A stretch of 64,000 nucleotides of DNA from an uncultured Bacteroidales bacterium (GTDB lineage: Bacteria > Bacteroidota > Bacteroidia > Bacteroidales > Muribaculaceae), in contig CAMWHE010000004.1 of NCBI GenBank assembly GCA_947173955.1, positions 6,513-70,512 of the forward strand. Reading direction: 5' to 3'. Below the pieces are notes generated by a model. That model did no database searches and had not been told where the DNA came from. It saw only the letters and a program-made list of their open reading frames with translations. Numbering within the stretch: position 1 is the first letter of the stretch; the number at the start of each line of letters is the position of its first letter. This document shows positions 1 through 8,652 of the stretch, one piece after another. The translations under genes and the position numbers were made by a program.

Positions 1-2
1 CG

Positions 3-1109
3 ATCTTCCTTGATGCAGAATACACCGAAGAAACATCATATACCGTGGAAGGGCTGACCGTCGGCAACTTCTACTCCTATGAAGTAACTGCTACCAACGG
101 GTCATTCACAACTGCTCCCTCCAATACAATATTTGTCTGCGAGCTTGTGTCTCCCACTGGGTTGGAGATTACCCCATCTTCCGACCATAAATCTCTCAAC
201 TTCACTTGGGAAGCATCGCAGAGTGCCAATTATTATGTCCTTAACGTTTCTGCCGTCCACGACGTCACTGCCAACGAAGAGGTTACGCTGGCTGATGCCG
301 ACTTTTCTGCAATTGAAAGCACAGGCACAGTTGCTGCACCCGTAGAGTCAGAGTACTGGTATGACTCATTAAGCGAACTCCCCGGATGGCAGTTCAGTCT
401 CGGATGCTCTGCCGAAGGTGCCTATGGCTTTATGGACAATAGCCTTTATACTTATTATACAGGGCTCTATGCCTCACTGGAGTCAATGGATTACGACCTC
501 TCAAACATCAAAGACGGTAAGGTAAGCGTCAGCGTAGAGGCCGCTTCTCCCGGTAACGGTATGTTGGTCGGACTCCTTTCTTTCAATAAAGATGAAGATA
601 AGTATGAGGTTGGATCAGCTTATGCAACTCCCGACGATGTTCCCGAAGACTTTGAGACTTACAATTTCACTCTCACCGGTGCTTCCGCCCAGTCTCGCTT
701 CATATTCATGACACGTACTGCCGACAATGCTGACGGTTCGATTCTTATCCGTACGCTTAAGCTCACAGGCGTAGCTGCTGAAAATGGCACTGTTAAACTT
801 CCACTCGGCGAGATAGAGACTGAAGAGACACAAGAAAGCGTGGAGTGTGAAATAGAAGAGGGTGTCACATATTGCGCTTATGTCGTTCCATATCTCGTGG
901 ATGATGACGGTTATATTTTAGCAATCGGCGCCCCATCAGATACAGCCACCTACAAGGCAGAAAGCAGTGGTGTTGATTCTGTCATAGCTTCCGATAACGA
1001 CTCAGTTACAAGCTATTATAATCTTCAGGGACAGAAGATTGACCGCCCCGTAAAAGGCTCTGTTGTCATCAAGGTAAATAACACAGAAGCGACCAAGATT
1101 GTACTCTAA
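3..1109 (+). CDS. Secreted protein with FN3-like repeats and a T9SS C-terminal sorting domain (5' partial, continues upstream of the window)
   Basis: The frame is open from base 3, and the listed start at 45 is an internal GTG. The repeated 'Y.V.A.N' pattern and 'LNFTWEASQSANYYVLNV' look FN3-like. The C-terminus 'YYNLQGQKIDRPVKGSVVIKV...KIVL' is typical of Por/T9SS CTDs. Confidence 0.7.
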   Translation: MFLDAEYTEETSYTVEGLTVGNFYSYEVTATNGSFTTAPSNTIFVCELVSPTGLEITPSSDHKSLNFTWEASQSANYYVLNVSAVHDVTANEEVTLADADFSAIESTGTVAAPVESEYWYDSLSELPGWQFSLGCSAEGAYGFMDNSLYTYYTGLYASLESMDYDLSNIKDGKVSVSVEAASPGNGMLVGLLSFNKDEDKYEVGSAYATPDDVPEDFETYNFTLTGASAQSRFIFMTRTADNADGSILIRTLKLTGVAAENGTVKLPLGEIETEETQESVECEIEEGVTYCAYVVPYLVDDDGYILAIGAPSDTATYKAESSGVDSVIASDNDSVTSYYNLQGQKIDRPVKGSVVIKVNNTEATKIVL

Positions 1110-1149
1110 GTCATAGTCCTACGCCGCTTGGCGCAGCTTAAGATTTTTA

Positions 1150-1187
1150 GGGAGGCACTGAATCAAAGGGTGCCTCCCTATATTTTT
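1150..1187 (+). terminator. Rho-independent terminator of the T9SS cargo gene
   Basis: Perfect 9-bp stem GGGAGGCAC (1150-1158) / GTGCCTCCC (1170-1178), followed by TATATTTTTG. Confidence 0.75.
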
Positions 1188-1234
1188 GTTTAACAAAAAT
1201 CCCCTGTTTATAACTAAAGTTCAAAAATTACTGT

Positions 1235-1242
1235 TAATTTTG
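1235..1242 (+). promoter_or_regulatory. Bacteroides-type -7 promoter element (TAATTTTG)
   Basis: Exact match to the TAnnTTTG consensus, just upstream of the riboswitch core. Confidence 0.45.
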
Positions 1243-1380
1243 CATCGGAAATATAAGAAATCAAACGGGAACCATGTGAAAATCATGGACTGTCGCGCAA
1301 CCGTAAGGCTTTCAATGCAGATAAAGCCGAAGTCGGGAACCGGGGTGGTTGGAATTCCACCATTAGTTATATCCTCGCAT
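1243..1380 (+). promoter_or_regulatory. Cobalamin (B12) riboswitch
   Basis: The core at 1267-1308, GGGAACCAUGUGAAAAUCAUGGACUGUCGCGCAACCGUAAGG, closely parallels the E. coli btuB leader core GGGAAUCCAGUGCGAAUCUGGAGCUGACGCGCAGCGGUAAGG, including the CCAUG/CAUGG hairpin. A B12-box-like AAGCCGAAGUCGGGAACC lies at 1324-1341. The element sits directly 5' of a lipoprotein gene. The outer boundaries are approximate. Confidence 0.75.
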
Positions 1381-1408
1381 GAAAGAACTAACTAAACACA
1401 ATATCACA

Positions 1409-2194
1409 ATGAAACATCTGCATTTTTTTGCGGCAGGAGCTATAGCAGCACTTGCCTTAGTGACTACATCCTGCAGCGACTCCGACGAGCCGGCAACCGA
1501 CATGACTCAAACCGTCAAATTTGAATTTGATAAGGCTGACTTCTCGGAGACAGGCGAATGGGAATACTGCTATGACGCAGCCTACGACAACGCTCTGACT
1601 GTCGACGGCCTGACATTCTCACGCTCGGCACTGGCAACGGAATGGGGCGGCGTCACCTACTACTCATGGAAGGGATTCACACCCTCGGTATCGACCGACA
1701 AGAGCAATCACGCCGGCGACTGGGTGACCTACCAGTGGGGTGCAATCACGGGGCAGCCCGTAGCAGGCAACGGATATATGCTCGGATGCTGGGACGCTCA
1801 GGAAGAGCTGACGGCGGCTCCCGACTTCACCGTACCGTCGTCGCCCTCGGTCAAGATCGTAGCCAAAGCCCCGTTTACCCCGGCTTATGCCTACATCACC
1901 AACGCATGCTACTCTTACTACACGATGCTCGACGGCGATGACTTCTGCCACAAATTCACATCCGAAGACTGGCTGACCCTCTACATCCACGGCCTGCGCA
2001 ACGGCGACCTGACCTCGACGGTAGAAGTCAAGCTCGCCACAGGCACTAACCTACTCTCAGCCTGGCAGAAAGTCGACCTCTCGACTCTCGGAACTGTCGA
2101 CACAGTCTACTTCCAGATGGCCTCAAGCGACAGCGGCCAGTGGGGTATGAACACTCCGGCCTACTTCTGTCTGGGCTCACTCGCACTGAAATAA
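1409..2194 (+). CDS. Lipoprotein, possibly DUF4465-like, under B12-riboswitch control (candidate corrinoid-binding surface protein)
   Basis: The N-terminus MKHLHFFAAGAIAALALVTTSC is a lipoprotein signal with a lipobox Cys. I chose the start at the internal ATG at 1409 because the listed 1379 start lies inside the riboswitch. The family assignment is from memory only. Confidence 0.75.
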   Translation: MKHLHFFAAGAIAALALVTTSCSDSDEPATDMTQTVKFEFDKADFSETGEWEYCYDAAYDNALTVDGLTFSRSALATEWGGVTYYSWKGFTPSVSTDKSNHAGDWVTYQWGAITGQPVAGNGYMLGCWDAQEELTAAPDFTVPSSPSVKIVAKAPFTPAYAYITNACYSYYTMLDGDDFCHKFTSEDWLTLYIHGLRNGDLTSTVEVKLATGTNLLSAWQKVDLSTLGTVDTVYFQMASSDSGQWGMNTPAYFCLGSLALK

Positions 2195-2215
2195 TCACCC
2201 TTACAATATTACAGC

Positions 2216-2249
2216 AAAACCGACCGAGATCGCCTCAGTCGGTTTTTTT
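2216..2249. terminator. Bidirectional hairpin terminator between convergent genes
   Basis: AAAACCGAC...GTCGGTTTTTTT, with an A-run on the 5' side and a T-run on the 3' side. It overlaps the last codons of the minus-strand GrpB gene. Confidence 0.6.
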
Positions 2250-2801
2250 GTCACTGTCCAGCTTTGCGATGGCGGTGTAGCGGGTAACGAAGTCGGTTTT
2301 GGCGGCAGTGTAGCCGTCGCGTTCGTGCTCAAAGGGTTTCCAAAGTGACAGCTTCAGCGCTTCATAGTCTTTGGCAACATCAGGATGTGAGTTAAGATAG
2401 TCGCGGAACGCGACCTCGTCGGCATCTCCTGACTGACGAAGGTGTATATGGAAGACTCGCTTGGCATAGCCCTCGGGAGTATAGCCCTTATTGAGACTCG
2501 CCCGCGACGCGGATTCGGACATGAGCAGGTAGCCTGCGGAGATGAGCCGTCTTTTCGCCGCAACAAGCGCCTCCCGGCCGGGCAATTCGACGATTATGTC
2601 GACAATCGGCTTCGCCCATATGCCGGGGACGGCTGTGCTACCGATATGATGGTATGAGGCATAGGGAATGGCAAGCAATTCTTTGAGTTGTGAGATTTCT
2701 TCCCGCGCCCAATCCGCCCAAACAGGATTGTGAGGCACAAGAATTATGGGGAACAGCTTCCACAGCTCAGTGAGCGACATTTCTTCCAACCGCTTCATCA
2801 C
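2235..2801 (-). CDS. GrpB family protein
   Basis: The motifs HHIGSTAVPG..KPIVDI and HIHLR...FRDYLNSHPDVAKDYEALK are typical of GrpB. Confidence 0.8.
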   Translation of the reverse strand: MMKRLEEMSLTELWKLFPIILVPHNPVWADWAREEISQLKELLAIPYASYHHIGSTAVPGIWAKPIVDIIVELPGREALVAAKRRLISAGYLLMSESASRASLNKGYTPEGYAKRVFHIHLRQSGDADEVAFRDYLNSHPDVAKDYEALKLSLWKPFEHERDGYTAAKTDFVTRYTAIAKLDSDKKTD

Positions 2802-2807
2802 GCAAAA

Positions 2808-3668
2808 TCACCACCATGGGTTCTTATAGTGAACCTTAAATTCACCGTCATTCGAAAAATAGACCTCTTCCCCGGATATATAGCTCTCCCATTCGGGACT
2901 AGAATATATTTCATTTGGAAATAGACCGCCACTACCGACATCAAAGTCAAAAGTAAAAGGTAAGCGCCCGTCACCCCATATACATAACTTTGGAGAACTA
3001 GAATCTCCATCCTTTTTCCAAACGCCTACAAATGTACGGTTTCGATAGCCATCTGCCACACCATCTCTATCATCTACACGCAAAACATTATCATTTCCGT
3101 CAATATAGGCATCAGCCGACCATACCCCCCGGAAGATTCCACTAATTTCGGGACGTCCATTTTCCACAAAATAATATTCTCCTATTATTTTATATAAGTC
3201 TTCGGTATAAAATTCCTTTTCACTTTCAAGATAATAAGTGAAGTCAAAATAGTGAATATCTGTCACCCTGATTATCCCGTAAAAATCGCATATATTACTC
3301 TTAACTTTAGAACGTCCTCTGACAAAATAGAAAGTTTTTCCCAGTCGCACATATCCGGGATAAAAGTACATATCAATACGTTTATAGTTTTTACCCAGCA
3401 CACCGACAGCGGGAATTACCCGAAAGAAAAAAGCACTATCAATCTTTAACTCTCCGGAACGGAACATCGGCATGCGATCCTTAGATTGAACTCCGCCTAT
3501 TGACTTAATACTTTCAAGCTTTTTAAATTCATCTCCAAAATATACTTGATCAGATGAAATTTTATCGCGACCTACTATGTCATAATAACTGTCATGACAC
3601 AATTCCTCTGCATGACAAACGCCAAACGATAAAAATATACCTGTCAGAAATTTTATAAAAGTCTTCAT
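2808..3668 (-). CDS. Hypothetical secreted protein (low-GC orphan)
   Basis: Long ORF. The internal start gives MKTFIKFLTGIFLSFGVCHAEE, which reads as a signal peptide. The gene is visibly AT-rich. I recognise no family. Confidence 0.6.
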   Translation of the reverse strand: MKTFIKFLTGIFLSFGVCHAEELCHDSYYDIVGRDKISSDQVYFGDEFKKLESIKSIGGVQSKDRMPMFRSGELKIDSAFFFRVIPAVGVLGKNYKRIDMYFYPGYVRLGKTFYFVRGRSKVKSNICDFYGIIRVTDIHYFDFTYYLESEKEFYTEDLYKIIGEYYFVENGRPEISGIFRGVWSADAYIDGNDNVLRVDDRDGVADGYRNRTFVGVWKKDGDSSSPKLCIWGDGRLPFTFDFDVGSGGLFPNEIYSSPEWESYISGEEVYFSNDGEFKVHYKNPWW

Positions 3669-3805
3669 AGAGCAAATATACAACAAAATACTACGACATG
3701 ACAGCATAATAGTCACTTTCAGTACGGATATTTTCAAAAGATTGCCTCATATTTCGGATTAAAAGGGCATTTTACTAACTTTGTACCTAATATTATGCAT
3801 CGAAT

Positions 3806-4480
3806 ATGGAAGTTGTCTACGAGGATAATCACATCATAATCGTCAATAAGGCTCCGGGCGAGATAGTGCAGGGAGACAAGACCGGCGACACTCCGCTGAG
3901 CGAGACTGTTGCTCAATGGATCAAAGAGAAATACGGTAAACCGGGAAATGTGTTTCTCGGAGTGGTACACCGCCTGGACCGACCGGTAGGTGGCCTGGTA
4001 GTATTTGCCAAGACATCGAAAGCACTGACAAGGCTAAACGAGATGTTCCGCAACGGGGATGTTCATAAAACCTACTGGGCCATCAGCCGTAACAAGCCGC
4101 CGAAAGAGGAGGACACGCTGACCCACTACATCACGACGACCGAGAAGAACAATAAATCGTATGCATCGGCGACTCCACGCGCCGGAGCGAAGGAGGCCCG
4201 GCTACACTACAGGCATCTGTCGTCGACAGACCGTTACCATCTGATCGAGGTCAACCTGCTGACCGGCCGCAAACACCAGATTCGCGTACAGCTGGCGGCT
4301 ATAGGGTGTCCGATCAAAGGAGATCTGAAATATGGCGACAAGCGGAGTAATCCGGACGGCAGCATATCGCTGCTGGCACGGCATATCGAGTTTATTCACC
4401 CTGTTTCGGGCAAGGAGATTTCGGTAACAGCACCTGTACCGGCCGACGACAATTTGTGGAACGCACTTTCAGCTCAATAA
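3806..4480 (+). CDS. RluA-family RNA pseudouridine synthase
   Basis: Contains the catalytic motif HRLDRPVGGLVVFAKT and GRKHQIRVQLA. Confidence 0.85.
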   Translation: MEVVYEDNHIIIVNKAPGEIVQGDKTGDTPLSETVAQWIKEKYGKPGNVFLGVVHRLDRPVGGLVVFAKTSKALTRLNEMFRNGDVHKTYWAISRNKPPKEEDTLTHYITTTEKNNKSYASATPRAGAKEARLHYRHLSSTDRYHLIEVNLLTGRKHQIRVQLAAIGCPIKGDLKYGDKRSNPDGSISLLARHIEFIHPVSGKEISVTAPVPADDNLWNALSAQ

Positions 4481-4482
4481 TA

Positions 4483-5445
4483 ATGGATAAGAAAGATCTG
4501 AGAATAGTTTTTCTGGGTACACCGGAATTTGCAGTAGAGAGCCTGGATGCGCTCGTAAAGGCCGACTACAATATAGTCGGAGTAGTCACTATGCCCGACA
4601 AGCCGGCGGGGCGAGGCCATAAGCTGCTCCACTCGCCGGTAAAGCAATATGCACTGGAACACGGGTTGAGACTGATGCAGCCGGTCAGCCTGAAAGACCC
4701 GTCGTTTGTCGACGAGCTCCGCTCGCTGAATGCCGATCTGTTCATAGTAATTGCGTTCAGAATGCTTCCGGAGATAGTATGGCAGATGCCGCCTCTGGGG
4801 ACATTCAACCTCCATGCCTCCCTGCTGCCTCGATACCGAGGGGCTGCTCCGATCAACTGGGCTGTCATCAACGGCGACAGGGAGACCGGCGTGACAACAT
4901 TCTTTCTCAAACATGAAATAGATACGGGCGATATCCTGCGACAGGAGCGAGTAGAGATAGGAGAGGATGAGTGTGTGGGCGATATCCATGACAAGCTGAT
5001 GCATCTCGGGGCGGAACTTACTCTTGACACCGTAGGGCACATACTTGCCGGCGACCTTAAGCCGATACCTCAGGATGAACTTCTGCAAGGGGAAGAGGCT
5101 ACTCCTGCACCCAAGATATTCAAGGAGACCTGCAGGATAGACTGGACACAGCCGGCCGAGAAGGTCAGAAACCTCGTCAGAGGTCTGTCGCCCTACCCTG
5201 CCGCATGGACTACAATCTCCATAGACGGAGGAGAATCTGTGACGGCAAAAATACTCAAAGCAACTGTGTGCAAAGACGTTGTATCGCGCAACCCAGGACA
5301 CGTCACAGTAGCTAAAGACCGATTGTTGACTGACTGCGGTGACTGCGCTATCGCCATCGAGAGGCTGCAGCCCGCCGGGAAGCGGCCGATGGATGCCGGC
5401 GAGTTTATACGCGGGCTCAACGGCCGCAGCGTCACCGTGGAATAG
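4483..5445 (+). CDS. fmt: Methionyl-tRNA formyltransferase
   Basis: Contains RIVFLGTPEFAV, NLHASLLPRYRGAAPI and a C-terminal Fmt domain. The start is the ATG at 4483, right after the rluA-like stop codon. Confidence 0.9.
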   Translation: MDKKDLRIVFLGTPEFAVESLDALVKADYNIVGVVTMPDKPAGRGHKLLHSPVKQYALEHGLRLMQPVSLKDPSFVDELRSLNADLFIVIAFRMLPEIVWQMPPLGTFNLHASLLPRYRGAAPINWAVINGDRETGVTTFFLKHEIDTGDILRQERVEIGEDECVGDIHDKLMHLGAELTLDTVGHILAGDLKPIPQDELLQGEEATPAPKIFKETCRIDWTQPAEKVRNLVRGLSPYPAAWTTISIDGGESVTAKILKATVCKDVVSRNPGHVTVAKDRLLTDCGDCAIAIERLQPAGKRPMDAGEFIRGLNGRSVTVE

Positions 5446-5454
5446 GCCATATAA

Positions 5455-5497
5455 AGAAATAAAAATGAGCGCGGCTTCCATCCCGGAGGTCGCGCTC
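5455..5497 (-). terminator. Terminator of the outer-membrane barrel gene
   Basis: Hairpin GAGCGCG...CGCGCTC (5467-5497) with an inner CTTCC/GGAGG pairing, followed on the minus strand by ATTTTTATTTC. Confidence 0.6.
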
Positions 5498-5531
5498 TGA
5501 TGTTGAGAGTATGTCTTAGTATGATGCTGTC

Positions 5532-8015
5532 TTAATTGCCATTACCTCCTCCGGCAGCGGGACGAGAAGTATCGAGGTCGTCGTTGGATGCCGCACGGGA
5601 GGCCTTCTTCACATAGGCGTTGAGTGAGCCGAAACGATAGTTGATGGATATGCCGACCATAAAGCGGTTATAGCTGTAATTGACAGATTTACCGGTGCGG
5701 CCGCCATTCATGTACTCCGACTTCCATGTTGTCGTATAGGGACCGAACGGATTGCTGATAAATAGGGTCGTTGTCAGGCGATCCTCCTTAAGGAAGTTGC
5801 GGGTAAGCTGAAGTCCGTGGTTGATATTTGAGGGGGTGAAGATATTTTTACTGTAAAGGCTGCTGAACCCGTTGTACCATCCATAGACAGTCAGTCCGAG
5901 CGTCAGCTTCCAGGGAAGCTCCTGTGAAAAACGGGTGTACATATTCGCGCCCCATCCGGACTCGCTCAGTTCGGGATTAAGAGCATCGGCGGCATACCGG
6001 ATAGAGCTATGAGATACGCCGAAATTCATCATCCAGTTGGTCTTCTGGCTGATCATCCAGCGAAAATAACCGTTAAGATTGAACCGACGGCTCTGGCCTA
6101 TATTTTCAGATGTCGAATACATGATGTCATCCTGGATCCAGTTGACGGAGTGTACGCCTGTATTGCTCATGCGGTAAGACATCGAGAAATCGGCATTGAA
6201 TTTCGGCTTGATTATATTATAATTGAGCGAGATAGTGTGGTAAAGGGCGCTTGACAAGTTGGGATTACCATAGCTGACTGAAGTAGGAGTCTCAACAACA
6301 GTAGGATTGAGTTCGTCAATGCCCGGGCGGCTGATACGTGTGTTGTAGGACAGCTTGATTGTGTTGGCGTCATTTATAGTATAGTTGACGGCAGCCATCG
6401 GCACCCAGTCGCTGAGATTGGAAGCGAAATTGTTGCCGGCCTCTACCTTATCCTTTGATGTAAGACGGGAGAACTCATAACGGAGACCTGCGCGGAGAGT
6501 GACCTTTCCGAACTTAGAACGCCAGTCGAAGTAGGCGGCGCCGATAGATGTGCGGTGGGTATATTTTGTGGGAATGAGCGAATCTTCGGGCTTACCCACA
6601 TATTCGCGCTCACCTTTGGCATTGTTGTCGCGGAATATGAATTTACCGCCGAGGTCGAATTTATGATTGTCGTTGATAGGGCGCGTCCAGTCGAGCTGAC
6701 CGGTATGCTCCATAAATCGGGAGTGATCCCAGGCATTGATACCGGAGTAGTCGAACAGTGGATTTATCATATTCTCATACTCCGATTCAGAATCATTGTC
6801 AGAGCCGTTGGTGGAAATCATGTAGGAGAGTGTGATCATTTCGTTGGGACGGCGTGTAAGACGCTGATAATTGAATGACCCGTTGAAATCCATATAGCTA
6901 TATTTCGACTTAAAGTCATTGTTATCAAACGAATATATTAGATTACCGGCAGGATCATACATGGCTGATGTGCTCTTGGAGGGATTGTCGGAGCCATAAG
7001 TATAGCCACCGAACTCAGCCGTAAACAGGTTGAGGGAGTCCATCTCATAGCTCATCTCAAACTGGACGTAGCCGCCATTGCCGGATGACCGGCGCCAGTT
7101 GGTCTCAGATGACGAGACAAGACGATTGCCGTTGCTGTCATAGGTCATGTCGGACTCCGTGCGGCTCTTGTAGACGCGCCCGGTATTGCCGAAATAACCG
7201 CCGTTGACAGAGAAAGTCACCTTGTCAATCTGCGATGTGATCCAGACAAACGGCTGAGGGATAGGATTGTTTGTACCCATCCATAACCCCACCGAGCCCA
7301 TGACACCGCGGATAGCCGTATTCTGCATCGTAACAATATTGAGAATAGCACCGACACCCTCGGCATCCTCGCGGGCTCCGGGATCGGTGATAACTTCAAT
7401 TTTCTTAATAGTAGAAGCGGGAATAGCCTTGAATATATCCTTGGCATTATTGGTAAACGAACTGTTGGGACGGCCGTTCTTATAGATTTTGAAGTCGGAA
7501 GATCCGTTGACCTTGATTGTGCCGTCGGCCTCAACAGATACGAGAGGTACTTTCCTGAGAATCTCGTTGACAGTCGATGTCTTTGAATCATTGTCGGCCT
7601 GCACATCATATCCGATGCGGTCAATTTCCTTAGTCACAAGCGGACGCTGAGCCGAGACAGTCACTTCCGCCAGCATATTTTCAGCATCTGAAATGATTAT
7701 ATCGCCGAGGGAGGCGACGGGGGAGGCGACACTAACTGAAAAATCGACAACCGATACGGACTTTCCGACCGCCACGGCAGAAAGCCGGTAGCTACCTGCC
7801 GAAGGAAGCGTAAGGGAGAAATCGCCTTCATCGGAGGATGTAGCGAGGACTACAGGTTTTATAGTATCAGTTTCTGTAAAAATGCGGAGAGTGGCAAAGG
7901 GTTCTGTCTCGCCTGTCTGAGATATCAGCCGGCCGTTGACGCTAAAGTCGTCGGCCAGCATCAGGAGCGCCGAGAAAAGGTAGATCGATAACCAGAAAAT
8001 ACGCTTTAAAAACAT
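5532..8015 (-). CDS. Outer membrane beta-barrel family protein (TonB-dependent-receptor-like) with an N-terminal carboxypeptidase-regulatory-like domain
   Basis: 827 aa with a signal peptide, an N-terminal CarbopepD-like segment (FSVNGRL...TLRIF), a plug-like region (TVSAQRP..KEIDRIGYDV), and a barrel ending in an aromatic-rich terminal strand. Confidence 0.8.
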   Translation of the reverse strand: MFLKRIFWLSIYLFSALLMLADDFSVNGRLISQTGETEPFATLRIFTETDTIKPVVLATSSDEGDFSLTLPSAGSYRLSAVAVGKSVSVVDFSVSVASPVASLGDIIISDAENMLAEVTVSAQRPLVTKEIDRIGYDVQADNDSKTSTVNEILRKVPLVSVEADGTIKVNGSSDFKIYKNGRPNSSFTNNAKDIFKAIPASTIKKIEVITDPGAREDAEGVGAILNIVTMQNTAIRGVMGSVGLWMGTNNPIPQPFVWITSQIDKVTFSVNGGYFGNTGRVYKSRTESDMTYDSNGNRLVSSSETNWRRSSGNGGYVQFEMSYEMDSLNLFTAEFGGYTYGSDNPSKSTSAMYDPAGNLIYSFDNNDFKSKYSYMDFNGSFNYQRLTRRPNEMITLSYMISTNGSDNDSESEYENMINPLFDYSGINAWDHSRFMEHTGQLDWTRPINDNHKFDLGGKFIFRDNNAKGEREYVGKPEDSLIPTKYTHRTSIGAAYFDWRSKFGKVTLRAGLRYEFSRLTSKDKVEAGNNFASNLSDWVPMAAVNYTINDANTIKLSYNTRISRPGIDELNPTVVETPTSVSYGNPNLSSALYHTISLNYNIIKPKFNADFSMSYRMSNTGVHSVNWIQDDIMYSTSENIGQSRRFNLNGYFRWMISQKTNWMMNFGVSHSSIRYAADALNPELSESGWGANMYTRFSQELPWKLTLGLTVYGWYNGFSSLYSKNIFTPSNINHGLQLTRNFLKEDRLTTTLFISNPFGPYTTTWKSEYMNGGRTGKSVNYSYNRFMVGISINYRFGSLNAYVKKASRAASNDDLDTSRPAAGGGNGN

Positions 8016-8109
8016 GGAATGTCAAATAAATAGTTGAATGAATACACAAATTAGACGCAATAGAAGCCGATTTGTGTCAGTAGAGACAGCGTAATAACGT
8101 TTTTTAACG

Positions 8110-8652
8110 TTATTGATTGTAGACAAGAGTGTGCAGCATTATCACAAAGCGCACAGGATCAGGCAACTGACGGGTAGCCATCAGCATAAGGCGTACATCC
8201 GGCAAACCAGGAGCATACGGGGGCTGATAATACTCGAGATCGGTCATCGCGGTAAATCCATGCCGCTCATAGAAAGTGATACGACGTGGTGCCTCGGCAT
8301 TGGCATCAGGCAGCTCGACCTCAACGACAAGCGGTTGACCGCCGGCTAACTCCACCATTCTGCTGAGAATCCGGCCCCCAAAACCGCGAGAACGGCATGA
8401 ACCGGCAACAGCAAGATGCTCTATATAATATGTGTCAGGCAACTTCCATAAAGAGACGAAGCCCACGAAATCTCCGCAATCATCCGTAGCAGCCATCAAT
8501 GTAAAAAACGGTGAGCCGGAATCAATCAGCTGCACGACGCTTTCCCAAGGGCGGCGCTCCTTGGCGGGGAAAGCCGACATATATAGAGGATGTATCTGAG
8601 CTAATAATGGAGACGCGGAGTTTGTTATTTTTTCTAAATTCATTTCATTCAT
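8110..8652 (-). CDS. GNAT family N-acetyltransferase
   Basis: Contains the acetyl-CoA motif RSRGFGGRILSRM and the surrounding GNAT fold signature. Confidence 0.8.
   Translation of the reverse strand: MNEMNLEKITNSASPLLAQIHPLYMSAFPAKERRPWESVVQLIDSGSPFFTLMAATDDCGDFVGFVSLWKLPDTYYIEHLAVAGSCRSRGFGGRILSRMVELAGGQPLVVEVELPDANAEAPRRITFYERHGFTAMTDLEYYQPPYAPGLPDVRLMLMATRQLPDPVRFVIMLHTLVYNQ

Noticed and set aside
1186-1395. 69-aa ORF upstream of the lipoprotein gene
   Set aside because: It overlaps the cobalamin riboswitch core exactly, so the RNA explanation is much stronger.
4474-5481. 335-aa ORF on the minus strand
   Set aside because: It is entirely antisense to fmt, which carries unmistakable formyltransferase motifs. 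Its translation is low-complexity and non-protein-like. It is a shadow ORF.
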